From positions 29,574,001 through 29,638,000 of the forward strand of contig OZ024758.1 of the NCBI GenBank assembly GCA_964016885.1: a stretch of DNA of 64,000 bases, given 5' to 3'. Every line of letters begins with the position of its first letter. Position 1 is the first letter of the stretch. Of the stretch, positions 37,001 to 52,000 are shown piece by piece. This DNA comes from Eledone cirrhosa. Lineage: Eukaryota. The position numbers and the translations under genes are program-made. The notes beneath the pieces were generated by a model. That model was not told where the DNA came from. It saw only the letters and a program-made list of their open reading frames with translations, and ran no database searches.

Positions 37001-40000
37001 CATGTAAGACTTTTTGTTGTTGCTATCATAAAAATGTTGGAAGTCATGTAAGTCTTTTTGTTGTTGCTATCATAAAATTATTGGAAATCATGTAAGTCTT
37101 TTTGTTGTTGCTATCATAACATTATTGGAAATCATGTAAGTCTTTTTCTTGTTGCTATCATAAAATTATTGGAAGTCATGTAAGTCTTTTTCTTGTTGCT
37201 ATCATAAAATTATTGGAAGTCATGTAAGTCTTTTTCTTGTTGCTATCATAAAATTATTGGAAGTCATGTAAGTCTTTTTGTTGTTGCTATCATAAAATTA
37301 TTGGAAGTCATGTAAGTGTTTTTGTTGCTATCATAAAATTATTGGAAGTCATATAAGTCTTTTTGTTGTTGCTATCATAAAATTATTGGAAGTCATGTAA
37401 GTCTTTTTGTTGTTGCTATCATAAAATTATTGGAAGTCATGTAAGTCTTTTTGTTGTTGCTATCATAAAATTATTGGAAGTCATGTAAGTCTTTTTGTTG
37501 TTGCTATCATAAAATTATTGGAAGTCATGTTAGTGTTTTTGTTGCTATCATAAAATTATTGGAAGTCATATAAGTCTTTTTGTTGTTGCTAATATAAAAT
37601 TATTGAAAGTAATGTAAGTGTTTTTGTTGTTGCTATCATAAAATTATTGGAAGTCATGTAAGTCTTTTTGTTGTTGCTATCATAAAATTATTAGAAGTCA
37701 TGTAAGTGTTTTTGTTGTTGCTATCATAAAATTATTGGAAGTCATGTAAGTCTTTTTGTTGTTGGTATCATAAAATTATTGGAAGTCATGTAAGTCTTTT
37801 TGTTGTTGCTATCATAAAATTATTGGATGTCATGTAAGTCTTTTTGTTGTTGCTATCATAAAATTATTGGAAGTCATCTAAGTCTTCTTGTTGTTGCTAT
37901 CATAAAACTATTGGAAGTCATGTAAGTCTTTTTCTTGTTGCTATCATAAAATTATTGGAAGTCATGTAAGTCTTTTTCTTGTTGCTATCATAAAATTATT
38001 GGAAGTCATGTAAGTCTTTTTGTTGTTGCTATCATAAAATTATTGGAAGTCATGTAAGTGTTTTTGTTGCTATCATAAAATTATTGGAAGTCATATAAGT
38101 CTTTTTGTTGTTGCTATCATAAAATTATTGGAAGTCATGTAAGTCTTTTTGTTGTTGCTATCATAAAATTGTTGGAAGTCATGTAAGTGTTTTTGTTGCT
38201 ATCATAAAATTATTGGAAGTCATATAAGTCTTTTTGTTGTTGCTATCATAAAATTATTGGAAGTCATGTAAGTCTTTTTGTTGTTGCTATCATAAAATTA
38301 TTGGAAGTCATGTAAATCTTTTTGTTGTTGCTATCATAAAATTATTGGAAGTCATGTAAGTCTTTTTGTTGTTGCTATCATGAAATTATTGGAAGTCATG
38401 TAAGTGTTTTTGTTGTTGCTATCATAAAATTATTAGAAGTAATGTAAGTGTTTTTGTTGTTGCTATCATAAAATTATTAGAAGTCATGTAAGTCTTTTTG
38501 TTGTTGGTATCATAAAATTATTGGAAGTCATGTAAGTCTTTTTGTTGTTGCTATCATAAAATTATTGGAAGTCATGTAAGTCTTCTTGTTGTTGCTATCA
38601 TAAAACTATTGGAAGTCATGTAAGTCTTTTTGTTGTTGCTATCATAAAATTATTGGAAGTCATGTAAGTCTTTTTGTTGTTGCTATCATAACATTATTGG
38701 AAATCATGTAAGACTTTTTGTTGTTGCTATCATAAAAATGTTGGAAGTCATGTAAGTCTTTTTGTTGTTGCTATCATAACATTATTGGAAATCATGTAAG
38801 TCTTTTTCTTGTTGCTATCATAAAATTATTGGAAGTCATGTAAGTCTTTTTCTTGTTGCTATCATAAAATTATTGGAAGTCATGTAAGTCTTTTTCTTGT
38901 TGCTATCATAAGATTATTGGAAGTCATGTAAGTCTTTTTGTTGTTGCTATCATAAAATTATTGGAAGTCATGTAAGTGTTTTTGTTGCTATCATAAAATT
39001 ATTGGAAGTCATATAAGTCTTTTTGTTGTTGCTATCATAAAATTATTGGAAGTCATGTAAGTCTTTTTGTTGTTGCTATCATAAAATTATTGGAAGTCAT
39101 GTAAGTCTTTTTGTTGTTGCTATCATAAAATTATTGGAAGTCATGTAAGTCTTTTTGTTGTTGCTATCATAAAATTATTGGAAGTCATGTTAGTGTTTTT
39201 GTTGCTATCATAAAATTATTGGAAGTCATATAAGTCTTTTTGTTGTTGCTAATATAAAATTATTGAAAGTAATGTAAGTGTTTTTGTTGTTGCTATCATA
39301 AAATTATTGGAAGTCATGTAAGTCTTTTTGTTGTTGCTATCATAAAATTATTAGAAGTCATGTAAGTGCTTTTGTTGTTGCTATCATAAAATTATTGGAA
39401 GTCATGTAAGTGTTTTTGTTGTTGCTATCATAAAATTATTGGAAGTCATGTAAGTCTTTTTGTTGTTGGTATCATAAAATTATTGGAAGTCATGTAAGTT
39501 TTTTGTTGTTGCTATCATAAAATTATTGGATGTCATGTAAGTCTTTTTGTTGTTGCTATCATAAAATTATTGGAAGTCATGTAAGTCTTCTTGTTGTTGC
39601 TATCATAAAACTATTGGAAGTCATGTAAGTCTTTTTGTTGTTGCTATCATAAAATTATTGGAAGTCATGTAAGTCTTTTTCTTGTTGCTATCATAAAATT
39701 ATTGGAAGTCATGTAAGTCTTTTTGTTGTTGCTATCATAAAATTATTGGAAGTCATGTAAGTGTTTTTGTTGCTATCATAAAATTATTGGAAGTCATATA
39801 AGTCTTTTTGTTGTTGCTATCATAAAATTATTGGAAGTCATGTAAGTCTTTTTGTTGTTGCTATCATAAAATTGTTGGAAGTCATGTAAGTGTTTTTGTT
39901 GCTATCATAAAATTATTGGAAGTCATATAAGTCTTTTTGTTGTTGCTATCATAAAATTATTGGAAGTCATGTAAGTCTTTTTGTTGTTGCTATCATAAAA

Positions 40001-43000
40001 TTATTGGAAGTCATGTAAGTCTTTTTGTTGTTGCTATCATAAAATTATTGGAAGTCATGTAAGTCTTTTTGTTGTTGCTATCATAAAATTATTGGAAGTC
40101 ATGTAAGTCTTTTTGTTGTTGCTATCATAAAATTATTGGAAGTCATGTAAGTGTTTTTGTTGCTATCATAAAATTATTGGAAGTCATATAAGTCTCTTTG
40201 TTGTTGCTATCATAAAATTATTGGAAGTCATGTAAGTCTTTTTGTTGTTGCTATCATAAAATTGTTGGAAGTCATGTAAGTGTTTTTGTTGCTATCATAA
40301 AATTATTGGAAGTCATATAAGTCTTTTTGTTGTTGCTATCATAAAATTATTGGAAGTCATGTAAGTCTTTTTGTTGTTGCTATCATAAAATTATTGGTAG
40401 TCATGTAAGTCTTTTTGTTGTTGCTATCATAAAATTATTGGAAGTCATGTAAGTCTTTTTGTTGTTGCTATCATGAAATTATTGGAAGTCATGTAAGTAT
40501 TTTTGTTGTTGCTATCATAAAATTATTAGAAGTAATGTAAGTGTTTTTGTTGTTGCTATCATAAAATTATTAGAAGTCATGTAAGTCTTTTTGTTGTTGG
40601 TATCATAAAATTATTGGAAGTCATGTAAGTCTTTTTGTTGTTGCTATCATAAAATTATTGGAAGTCATGTAAGTCTTCTTGTTGTTGCTATCATAAAACT
40701 ATTGGAAGTCATGTAAGTCTTTTTGTTGTTGCTATCATAAAATTATTGGAAGTCATGTAAGTCTTTTTGTTGTTGCTATCATAACATTATTGGAAATCAT
40801 GTAAGACTTTTTGTTGTTGCTATCATAAAAATGTTGGAAGTCATGTAAGTCTTTTTCTTCTTGCTATCATAAAATTATTGGAAGTCATGTAAGTCTTTTT
40901 GTTGTTGCTATCATAAAATTATTGGAAGTCATGTAAGTGTTTTTGTTGCTATCATAAAATTATTGGAAGTCATATAAGTCTTTTTGTTGTTGCTATCATA
41001 AAATTATTCGAAGTCATGTAAGTCTTTTTGTTGTTGCTATCATAACATTATTGGAAATCATGTAAGTCTTTTTCTTGTTGCTATCATAAAATTATTGGAA
41101 GTCATGTAAGTCTTTTTCTTGTTGCTATCATAAAATTATTGGAAGTCATGTAAGTCTTTTTCTTGTTGCTATCATAAAATTATTGGAAGTCATGTAAGTC
41201 TTTTTGTTGTTGCTATCATAAAATTATTGGAAGTCATGTAAGTGTTTTTGTTGCTATCATAAAATTATTGGAAGTCATATAAGTCTTTTTGTTGTTGCTA
41301 TCATAAAATTATTCGAAGTCATGTAAGTCTTTTTGTTGTTGCTATCATAAAATTATTGGAAGTCATGTAAGTCTTTTTGTTGTTGCTATCATAAAATTAT
41401 TGGAAGTCATGTAAGTCTTTTTGTTGTTGCTATCATAAAATTATTGAAAGTCATGTAAGTCTTTTTGTTGTTGCTATCATGAAATTATTGGAAGTCATGT
41501 AAGTGTTTTTGTTGTTGCTATCATAAAATTATTAGAAGTAATGTAAGTGTTTTTGTTGTTGCTATCATAAAATTATTAGAAGTCATGTAAGTCTTTTTGT
41601 TGTTGGTATCATAAAATTATTGGAAGTCATGTAAGTCTTTTTGTTGTTGCTATCATAAAATTATTGGAAGTCATGTAAGTCTTCTTGTTGTTGCTATCAT
41701 AAAACTATTGGAAGTCATGTAAGTCTTTTTGTTGTTGCTATCATAAAATTATTGGAAGTCATGTAAGTCTTTTTGTTGTTGCTATCATAACATTATTGGA
41801 AATCATGTAAGACTTTTTGTTGTTGCTATCATAAAAATGTTGGAAGTCATGTAAGTCTTTTTGTTGTTGCTATCATAAAATTATTGGAAATCATGTAAGT
41901 CTTTTTGTTGTTGCTATCATAAAATTATTGGAAGTCATGTAAGTCTTTTTGTTGTTGCTATCATAAAATTATTGGAAGTCATGTAAGTCTTTTTGTTGTT
42001 GCTATCATAAAATTATTGGAAGTCATGTTAGTGTTTTTGTTGCTATCATAAAATTATTGGAAGTCATATAAGTCTTTTTGTTGTTGCTAATATAAAATTA
42101 TTGAAAGTAATGTAAGTGTTTTTGTTGTTGCTATCATAAAATTATTGGAAGTCATGTAAGTCTTTTTGTTGTTGCTATCATAAAATTATTAGAAGTCATG
42201 TAAGTGCTTTTGTTGTTGCTATCATAAAATTATTGGAAGTCATGTAAGTGTTTTTGTTGTTGCTATCATAAAATTATTGGAAGTCATGTAAGTCTTTTTG
42301 TTGTTGGTATCATAAAATTATTGGAAGTCATGTAAGTCTTTTTGTTGTTGCTATCATAAAATTATTGGATGTCATGTAAGTCTTTTTGTTGTTGCTATCA
42401 TAAAATTATTGGAAGTCATGTAAGTCTTCTTGTTGTTGCTATCATAAAACTATTGGAAGTCATGTAAGTCTTTTTGTTGTTGCTATCATAAAATTATTGG
42501 AAGTCATGTAAGTCTTTTTCTTGTTGCTATCATAAAATTATTGGAAGTCATGTAAGTCTTTTTGTTGTTGCTATCATAAAATTATTGGAAGTCATGTAAG
42601 TGTTTTTGTTGCTATCATAAAATTATTGGAAGTCATATAAGTCTTTTTGTTGTTGCTATCATAAAATTATTCGAAGTCATGTAAGTCTTTTTGTTGTTGC
42701 TATCATAAAATTATTGGAAGTCATGTAAGTCTTTTTGTTGTTGCTATCATAAAATTATTGGAAGTCATGTAAGTCTTTTTGTTGTTGCTATCATAAAATT
42801 ATTGAAAGTCATGTAAGTCTTTTTGTTGTTGCTATCATGAAATTATTGGAAGTCATGTAAGTGTTTTTGTTGTTGCTATCATAAAATTATTAGAAGTAAT
42901 GTAAGTGTTTTTGTTGTTGCTATCATAAAATTATTAGAAGTCATGTAAGTCTTTTTGTTGTTGGTATCATAAAATTATTGGAAGTCATGTAAGTCTTTTT

Positions 43001-46000
43001 GTTGTTGCTATCATAAAATTATTGGAAGTCATGTAAGTCTTCTTGTTGTTGCTATCATAAAACTATTGGAAGTCATGTAAGTCTTTTTGTTGTTGCTATC
43101 ATAAAATTATTGGAAGTCATGTAAGTCTTTTTGTTGTTGCTATCATAACATTATTGGAAATCATGTAAGACTTTTTGTTGTTGCTATCATAAAAATGTTG
43201 GAAGTCATGTAAGTCTTTTTGTTGTTGCTATCATAAAATTATTGGAAATCATGTAAGTCTTTTTGTTGTTGCTATCATAAAATTATTGGAAGTCATGTAA
43301 GTCTTTTTGTTGTTGCTATCATAAAATTATTGGAAGTCATGTAAGTCTTTTTGTTGTTGCTATCATAAAATTATTGGAAGTCATGTTAGTGTTTTTGTTG
43401 CTATCATAAAATTATTGGAAGTCATATAAGTCTTTTTGTTGTTGCTAATATAAAATTATTGAAAGTAATGTAAGTGTTTTTGTTGTTGCTATCATAAAAT
43501 TATTGGAAGTCATGTAAGTCTTTTTGTTGTTGCTATCATAAAATTATTAGAAGTCATGTAAGTGCTTTTGTTGTTGCTATCATAAAATTATTGGAAGTCA
43601 TGTAAGTGTTTTTGTTGTTGCTATCATAAAATTATTGGAAGTCATGTAAGTCTTTTTGTTGTTGGTATCATAAAATTATTGGAAGTCATGTAAGTCTTTT
43701 TGTTGTTGCTATCATAAAATTATTGGATGTCATGTAAGTCTTTTTGTTGTTGCTATCATAAAATTATTGGAAGTCATGTAAGTCTTCTTGTTGTTGCTAT
43801 CATAAAACTATTGGAAGTCATGTAAGTCTTTTTGTTGTTGCTATCATAAAATTATTGGAAGTCATGTAAGTCTTTTTCTTGTTGCTATCATAAAATTATT
43901 GGAAGTCATGTAAGTCTTTTTGTTGTTGCTATCATAAAATTATTGGAAGTCATGTAAGTGTTTTTGTTGCTATCATAAAATTATTGGAAGTCATATAAGT
44001 CTTTTTGTTGTTGCTATCATAAAATTATTGGAAGTCATGTAAGTCTTTTTGTTGTTGCTATCATAAAATTGTTGGAAGTCATGTAAGTGTTTTTGTTGCT
44101 ATCATAAAATTATTGGAAGTCATATAAGTCTTTTTGTTGTTGCTATCATAAAATTATTGGAAGTCATGTAAGTCTTTTTGTTGTTGCTATCATAAAATTA
44201 TTTGAAGTCATGTAAGTCTTTTTGTTGTTGCTATCATAAAATTATTGGAAGTCATGTAAGTCTTTTTGTTGTTGCTATCATAAAATTATTGGAAGTCATG
44301 TAAGTCTTTTTGTTGTTGCTATCATAAAATTATTGGAAGTCATGTAAGTGTTTTTGTTGCTATCATAAAATTATTGGAAGTCATATAAGTCTCTTTGTTG
44401 TTGCTATCATAAAATTATTGGAAGTCATGTAAGTCTTTTTGTTGTTGCTATCATAAAATTATTAGAAGTCATGTAAGTCTTTTTGTTGTTGGTATCATAA
44501 AATTATTGGAAGTCATGTAAGTCTTTTTGTTGTTGCTATCATAAAATTATTGGAAGTCATGTAAGTCTTTTTGTTGTTGCTATCATAAAATTATTAGAAG
44601 TCATGTAAGTCTTTTTGTTGTTGGTATCATAAAATTATTGGAAGTCATGTAAGTCTTTTTGTTGTTGCTATCATAAAATTATTGGAAGTCATGTAAGTCT
44701 TCTTGTTGTTGCTATCATAAAACTATTGGAAGTCATGTAAGTCTTTTTGTTGTTGCTATCATAAAATTATTGGAAGTCATGTAAGTGTTTTTGTTGTTGC
44801 TATCATAACATTATTGGAAATCATGTAAGACTTTTTGTTGTTGCTATCATAAAAATGTTGGAAGTCATGTAAGTCTTTTTGTTGTTGCTATCATAAAATT
44901 ATTGGAAATCATGTAAGTCTTTTTGTTGTTGCTATCATAACATTATTGGAAATCATGTAAGTCTTTTTCTTGTTGCTATCATAAAATTATTGGAAGTCAT
45001 GTAAGTCTTTTTCTTGTTGCTATCATAAAATTATTGGAAGTCATGTAAGTCTTTTTCTTGTTGCTATCATAAAATTATTGGAAGTCATGTAAGTCTTTTT
45101 GTTGTTGCTATCATAAAATTATTGGAAGTCATGTAAGTGTTTTTGTTGCTATCATAAAATTATTGGAAGTCATATAAGTCTTTTTGTTGTTGCTATCATA
45201 AAATTATTGGAAGTCATGTAAGTCTTTTTGTTGTTGCTATCATAAAATTATTGGAAGTCATGTAAGTCTTTTTGTTGTTGCTATCATAAAATTATTGGAA
45301 GTCATGTAAGTCTTTTTGTTGTTGCTATCATAAAATTATTGGAAGTCATGTTAGTGTTTTTGTTGCTATCATAAAATTATTGGAAGTCATATAAGTCTTT
45401 TTGTTGTTGCTAATATAAAATTATTGAAAGTAATGTAAGTGTTTTTGTTGTTGCTATCATAAAATTATTGGAAGTCATGTAAGTCTTTTTGTTGTTGCTA
45501 TCATAAAATTATTAGAAGTCATGTAAGTGCTTTTGTTGTTGCTATCATAAAATTATTGGAAGTCATGTAAGTGTTTTTGTTGTTGCTATCATAAAATTAT
45601 TGGAAGTCATGTAAGTCTTTTTGTTGTTGGTATCATAAAATTATTGGAAGTCATGTAAGTCTTTTTGTTGTTGCTATCATAAAATTATTGGATGTCATGT
45701 AAGTCTTTTTGTTGTTGCTATCATAAAATTATTGGAAGTCATGTAAGTCTTCTTGTTGTTGCTATCATAAAACTATTGGAAGTCATGTAAGTCTTTTTGT
45801 TGTTGCTATCATAAAATTATTGGAAGTCATGTAAGTCTTTTTCTTGTTTCTATCATAAAATTATTGGAAGTCATGTAAGTCTTTTTGTTGTTGCTATCAT
45901 AAAATTATTGGAAGTCATGTAAGTGTTTTTGTTGCTATCATAAAATTATTGGAAGTCATATAAGTCTTTTTGTTGTTGCTATCATAAAATTATTGGAAGT

Positions 46001-49000
46001 CATGTAAGTCTTTTTGTTGTTGCTATCATAAAATTGTTGGAAGTCATGTAAGTGTTTTTGTTGCTATCATAAAATTATTGGAAGTCATATAAGTCTTTTT
46101 GTTGTTGCTATCATAAAATTATTGGAAGTCATGTAAGTCTTTTTGTTGTTGCTATCATAAAATTATTGGAAGTCATGTAAGTCTTTTTGTTGTTGCTATC
46201 ATAAAATTATTGGAAGTCATGTAAGTCTTTTTGTTGTTGCTATCATGAAATTATTGGAAGTCATGTAAGTGTTTTTGTTGTTGCTATCATAAAATTATTA
46301 GAAGTAATGTAAGTGTTTTTTTTGTTGCTATCATAAAATTATTAGAAGTAATGTAAGTCTTTTTGTTGTTGGTATCATAAAATTATTGGGAGTCATGTAA
46401 GTCTTTTTGTTGTTGCTATCATAAAATTATTGAAAGTCATGTAAGTCTTTTTGTTGTTGCTATCATAACATTATTGGAAATCATGTAAGACTTTTTGTTG
46501 TTGCTATCATAAAAATGTTGGAAGTCATGTAAGTCTTTTTGTTGTTGCTATCATAAAATTATTGGAAATCATGTAAGTCTTTTTCTTGTTGCTATCATAA
46601 AATTATTGGAAGTCATGTAAGTGTTTTTGTTGCTATCATAAAATTATTGGAAGTCATATAAATCTTTTTGTTGTTGCTATCATAAAATTATTGGAAGTAA
46701 TGTAAGTGTTTTTGTTGTTGCTATCATAAAATTATTGGAAGTCATGTAAGTGTTTTTGTTGTTGCTATCATAAAATTATAGGAAGTAATGTAAGAGTTTT
46801 TTGTTGTTGCTATCATAAAATTATTGGAAGTCATGTAAGAGTTTTTGTTGTTGCTATCATAAAATTATTGGCAGTCATGTAAGTGTTTTTGTTGTTGCTA
46901 TCATAAAATTATTGGAAGTCATGTAAGTCTTTTTGTTGTTGGTATCATAAAATTATTGGAAGTCATGTAAGAGTTTTTGTTGTTGCTATCATAAAATTAT
47001 TGGAAGTCATGTAAGTGTTTTTGTTGTTGCTATCATAAAATTATTGGAAGTCATGTAAGTCTTTTTCTTGTTGCTATCATAAAATTATTGGAAGTCATGT
47101 AAGTCTTTTTGTTGTTGCTATCATAAAATTATTGGAAGTCATGTAAGACTTTTTGTTGTTGCTATCATAAAATTATTGGAAGTCATGTAAGTCTTTTTGT
47201 TGTTGCTATCATAAAATTATTGGAAGTCATGTAAGTCTTTTTGTTGTTGCTATCATAAAATTATTGGAAGTCATGTTAGTGTTTTTGTTGCTATCATAAA
47301 ATTATTGGAAGTCATATAAGTCTTTTTGTTGTTGCTAATATAAAATTATTGAAAGTAATGTAAGTGTTTTTGTTGTTGCTATCATAAAATTATTGGAAGT
47401 CATGTAAGTCTTTTTGTTGCTATCATAAAATTATTGGAAGTCATATAAGTCTTTGTTGTTGCTATCATAAAATTATTGGAAGTCATGTAAGTCTTTTTGT
47501 TGTTGCTATCATAAAATTATTGGAAGTCATGTAAGTCTTTTTGTTGTTGCTATCATAAAATTATTGGAAGTCATGTAAGTGTTTTTGTTGTTGCTATCAT
47601 AAAATTATTGGAAGTCATGTAAGTCTTTTTGTTGTTGCTATCATAAAATTATTGGAAGTCATGTAAGTCTTTTTGTTGTTGCTATCATAAAATTATTGGA
47701 AGTCATGTAAGTCTTTTTGTTGTTGCTATCATAAAATTATTGGAAGTCATGTAAGTGTTTTTGTTGCTATCATAAAATTATTGGAAGTCATATAAGTCTT
47801 TTTGTTGTTGCTATCATAAAATTATTGGAAGTCATGTAAGTCTTTTTGTTGTTGCTATCATAAAATTGTTGGAAGTCATGTAAGTGTTTTTGTTGCTATC
47901 ATAAAATTATTGGAAGTCATATAAGTCTTTTTGTTGTTGCTATCATAAAATTATTGGAAGTCATGTAAGTCTTTTTGTTGTTGCTATCATAAAATTATTG
48001 GAAGTCATGTAAGTCTTTTTGTTGTTGCTATCATAAAATTATTGGAAGTCATGTAAGTCTTTTTGTTGTTGCTATCATGAAATTATTGGAAGTCATGTAA
48101 GTGTTTTTGTTGTTGCTATCATAAAATTATTAGAAGTAATGTAAGTGTTTTTGTTGTTGCTATCATAAAATTATTAGAAGTCATGTAAGTCTTTTTGTCG
48201 TTGGTATCATAAAATTATTGGAAGTCATGTAAGTCTTTTTGTTGTTGCTATCATAAAATTATTGGAAGTCATGTAAGTCTTCTTGTTGTTGCTATCATAA
48301 AACTATTGGAAGTCATGTAAGTCTTTTTGTTGTTGCTATCATAAAATTATTGGAAGTCATGTAAGTCTTTTTGTTGTTGCTATCATAACATTATTGGAAA
48401 TCATGTAAGACTTTTTGTTGTTGCTATCATAAAAATGTTGGAAGTCATGTAAGTCTTTTTGTTGTTGCTATCATAAAATTATTGGAAATCATGTAAGTCT
48501 TTTTGTTGTTGCTATCATAACATTATTGGAAATCATGTAAGTCTTTTTCTTGTTGCTATCATAAAATTATTGGAAGTCATGTAAGTCTTTTTCTTGTTGC
48601 TATCATAAAATTATTGGAAGTCATGTAAGTCTTTTTCTTGTTGCTATCATAATATTATTGGAAGTCATGTAAGTCTTTTTGTTGTTGCTATCATAAAATT
48701 ATTGGAAGCCATGTAAGTGTTTTTGTTGCTATCATAAAATTATTGGAAGTCATATAAGTCTTTTTGTTTTTGCTATCAAAAAATTATTGGAAGTCATGTA
48801 AGTCTTTTTGTTGTTGCTATCATAAAATTATTGGAAGTCATGTAAGTCTTTTTGTTGTTGCTATCATAAAATTATTGGAAGTCATGTTAGTGTTTTTGTT
48901 GCTATCATAAAATTATTGGAAGTCATATAAGTCTTTTTGTTGTTGCTAATATAAAATTATTGAAAGTAATGTAAGTGTTTTTGTTGTTGCTATCATAAAA

Positions 49001-52000
49001 TTATTGGAAGTCATGTAAGTCTTTTTGTTGTTGCTATCATAAAATTATTAGAAGTCATGTAAGTGCTTTTGTTGTTGCTATCATAAAATTATTGGAAGTC
49101 ATGTAAGTGTTTTTGTTGTTGCTATCATAAAATTATTGGAAGTCATGTAAGTCTTTTTGTTGTTGGTATCATAAAATTATTGGAAGTCATGTAAGTCTTT
49201 TTGTTGTTGCTATCATAAAATTATTGGATGTCATGTAAGTCTTTTTGTTGTTGCTATCATAAAATTATTGGAAGTCATGTAAGTCTTCTTGTTGTTGCTA
49301 TCATAAAACTATTGGAAGTCATGTAAGTCTTTTTGTTGTTGCTATCATAAAATTATTGGAAGTCATGTAAGTCTTTTTCTTGTTGCTATCATAAAATTAT
49401 TGGAAGTCATGTAAGTCTTTTTGTTGTTGCTATCATAAAATTATTGGAAGTCATGTAAGTGTTTTTGTTGCTATCATAAAATTATTGGAAGTCATATAAG
49501 TCTTTTTGTTGTTGCTATCATAAAATTATTGGAAGTCATGTAAGTCTTTTTGTTGTTGCTATCATAAAATTGTTGGAAGTCATGTAAGTGTTTTTGTTGC
49601 TATCATAAAATTATTGGAAGTCATATAAGTCTTTTTGTTGTTGCTATCATAAAATTATTGGAAGTCATATAAGTCTTTTTGTTGTTGCTATCATAAAATT
49701 GTTGGAAGTCATGTAAGTGTTTTTGTTGCTATCATAAAATTATTGGAAGTCATATAAGTCTTTTTGTTGTTGCTATCATAAAATTGTTGGAAGTCATGTA
49801 AGTGTTTTTGTTGCTATCATAAAATTATTGGAAGTCATGTAAGTCTTTTTGTTGTTGCTATCATAAAATTATTGGAAGTCATGTAAGTCTTTTTGTTGTT
49901 GCTATCATAAAATTATTGGAAGTCATGTAAGTCTTTTTGTTGTTGCTATCATGAAATTATTGGAAGTCATGTAAGTCTTTTTGTTGTTGCTATCATAACA
50001 TTATTGGAAATCATGTAAGTCTTTTTCTTGTTGCTATCATAAAATTATTGGAAGTCATGTAAGTGTTTTTGTTGCTATCATAAAATGATTGGAAGTCATA
50101 TAAATCTTTTTGTTGTTGCTATCATAAAATTATTGGAAGTAATGTAAGTGTTTTTGTTGTTGCTATCATAAAATTATTGGAAGTCATGTAAGTGTTTTTG
50201 TTGTTGCTATCATAAAATTATTGGAAGTAATGTAAGAGTTTTTGTTGTTGCTATCATAAAATTATTGGAAGTCATGTAAGAGTTTTTGTTGTTGCTATCA
50301 TAAAATTATTGGCAGTCATGTAAGTGTTTTTGTTGTTGCTATCATAAAATTATTGGAAGTCATGTAAGTCTTTTTGTTGTTGGTATCATAAAATTATTGG
50401 AAGTCATGTAAGAGTTTTTGTTGTTGCTATCATAAAATTATTGGAAGTCATGTAAGTGTTTTTGTTGTTGCTATCATAAAATTATTGGAAGTCATGTAAG
50501 TCTTTTTCTTGTTGCTATCATAAAATTATTGGAAGTCATGTAAGTCTTTTTGTTGTTGCTATCATAAAATTATTGGAAGTCATGTAAGTGTTTTTGTTGC
50601 TATCATAAAATTATTGGAAGTCATATAAGTCTTTTTGTTGTTGCTATCATAAAATTATTGGAAGTCATGTAAGTCTTTTTGTTGTTGCTATCATAAAATT
50701 GTTGGAAGTCATGTAAGTGTTTTTGTTGCTATCATAAAATTATTGGAAGTCATATAAGTCTTTTTGTTGTTGCTATCATAAAATTATTGGAAGTCATGTA
50801 AGTTTTTTGTTGTTGCTATCATAAAATTATTGGAAGTCATGTAAGTCTTTTTGTTGTTGCTATCATAAAATTATTGGAAGTCATGTAAGTCTTTTTGTTG
50901 TTGCTATCATAAAATTATTGGAAGTCATGTAAGTGTTTTTGTTGCTATCATAAAATTATTGGAAGTCATATAAGTCTTTTTGTTGTTGCTAATATAAAAT
51001 TATTGAAAGTAATGTAAGTGTTTTTGTTGTTGCTATCATAAAATTATTGGAAGTCATGTAAGTCTTTTTGTTGTTGCTATCATAAAATTATTAGAAGTAA
51101 TGTAAGTGTTTTTGTTGTTGCTATCATAAAATTATTGGAAGTCATGTAAGTGTTTTTGTTGTTGCTATCATAAAATTATTGGCATTCATGTAAGTGTTTT
51201 TGTTGTTGCTATCATAACATTATTGGAAGTCATGTAAGTCTTTTTGTTGTTGCTATCATAATATTATTGGAAGTAATGTCAGTCTTTTTATTGTTGCTAT
51301 CATAAAATTATTGGAAGTCATATAAGTCTTTTTGTTGTTGCTATCATAAAATTATTGGAAGTAATGTAAGTGTTTTTGTTGTTGCTATCATAAAATTATT
51401 GTAAGTCATGTAAGTGTTTTTGTTGTTGCTATCATAAAATTATTGAAATTCATGTAAGAGTTTTTGTTGTTGCTATCATGAAATTATTGGAAGTCATGTA
51501 AGTCTTTTTGTTGTTGCTATCATAAAATTATTGGAAGTCATATAAGTCTTTTTGTTGTTGCTATCATAAAATTATTGGAAGTCATGTAAGTGTTTTTGTT
51601 GTTGCTATCATAAAATTATTGGAAGTCATGTAAGTCTTTTTGTTGTTGCTATCATAAAATTATTGGAAGTAACGTAAGTCTTTTAGTTGTTGGTATCATA
51701 AAATTATTGGAAGTCATGTAAGTCTTTTTGTTGTTGGTATCATAAAATTATTGGAAGTCATGTAAGACTTTTTGTTGTTGCTATCATGAAATTATTGGAA
51801 GTCATGTAAGTCTTTTTGTTGTTGCTATCATAAAATTATTGGAAGTCATGTAAGTCTTTTTATTGTTGCTATCATAAAATTATTGGAAATCATGTAAGTC
51901 TTTTTTGTTGTTGCTATCATAACATTATTGGAAATCATGTAAGTCTTTTTCTTGTTGCTATCATAAAAATATTGGAAGTCATGTAAGTCTTTTTCTTGTT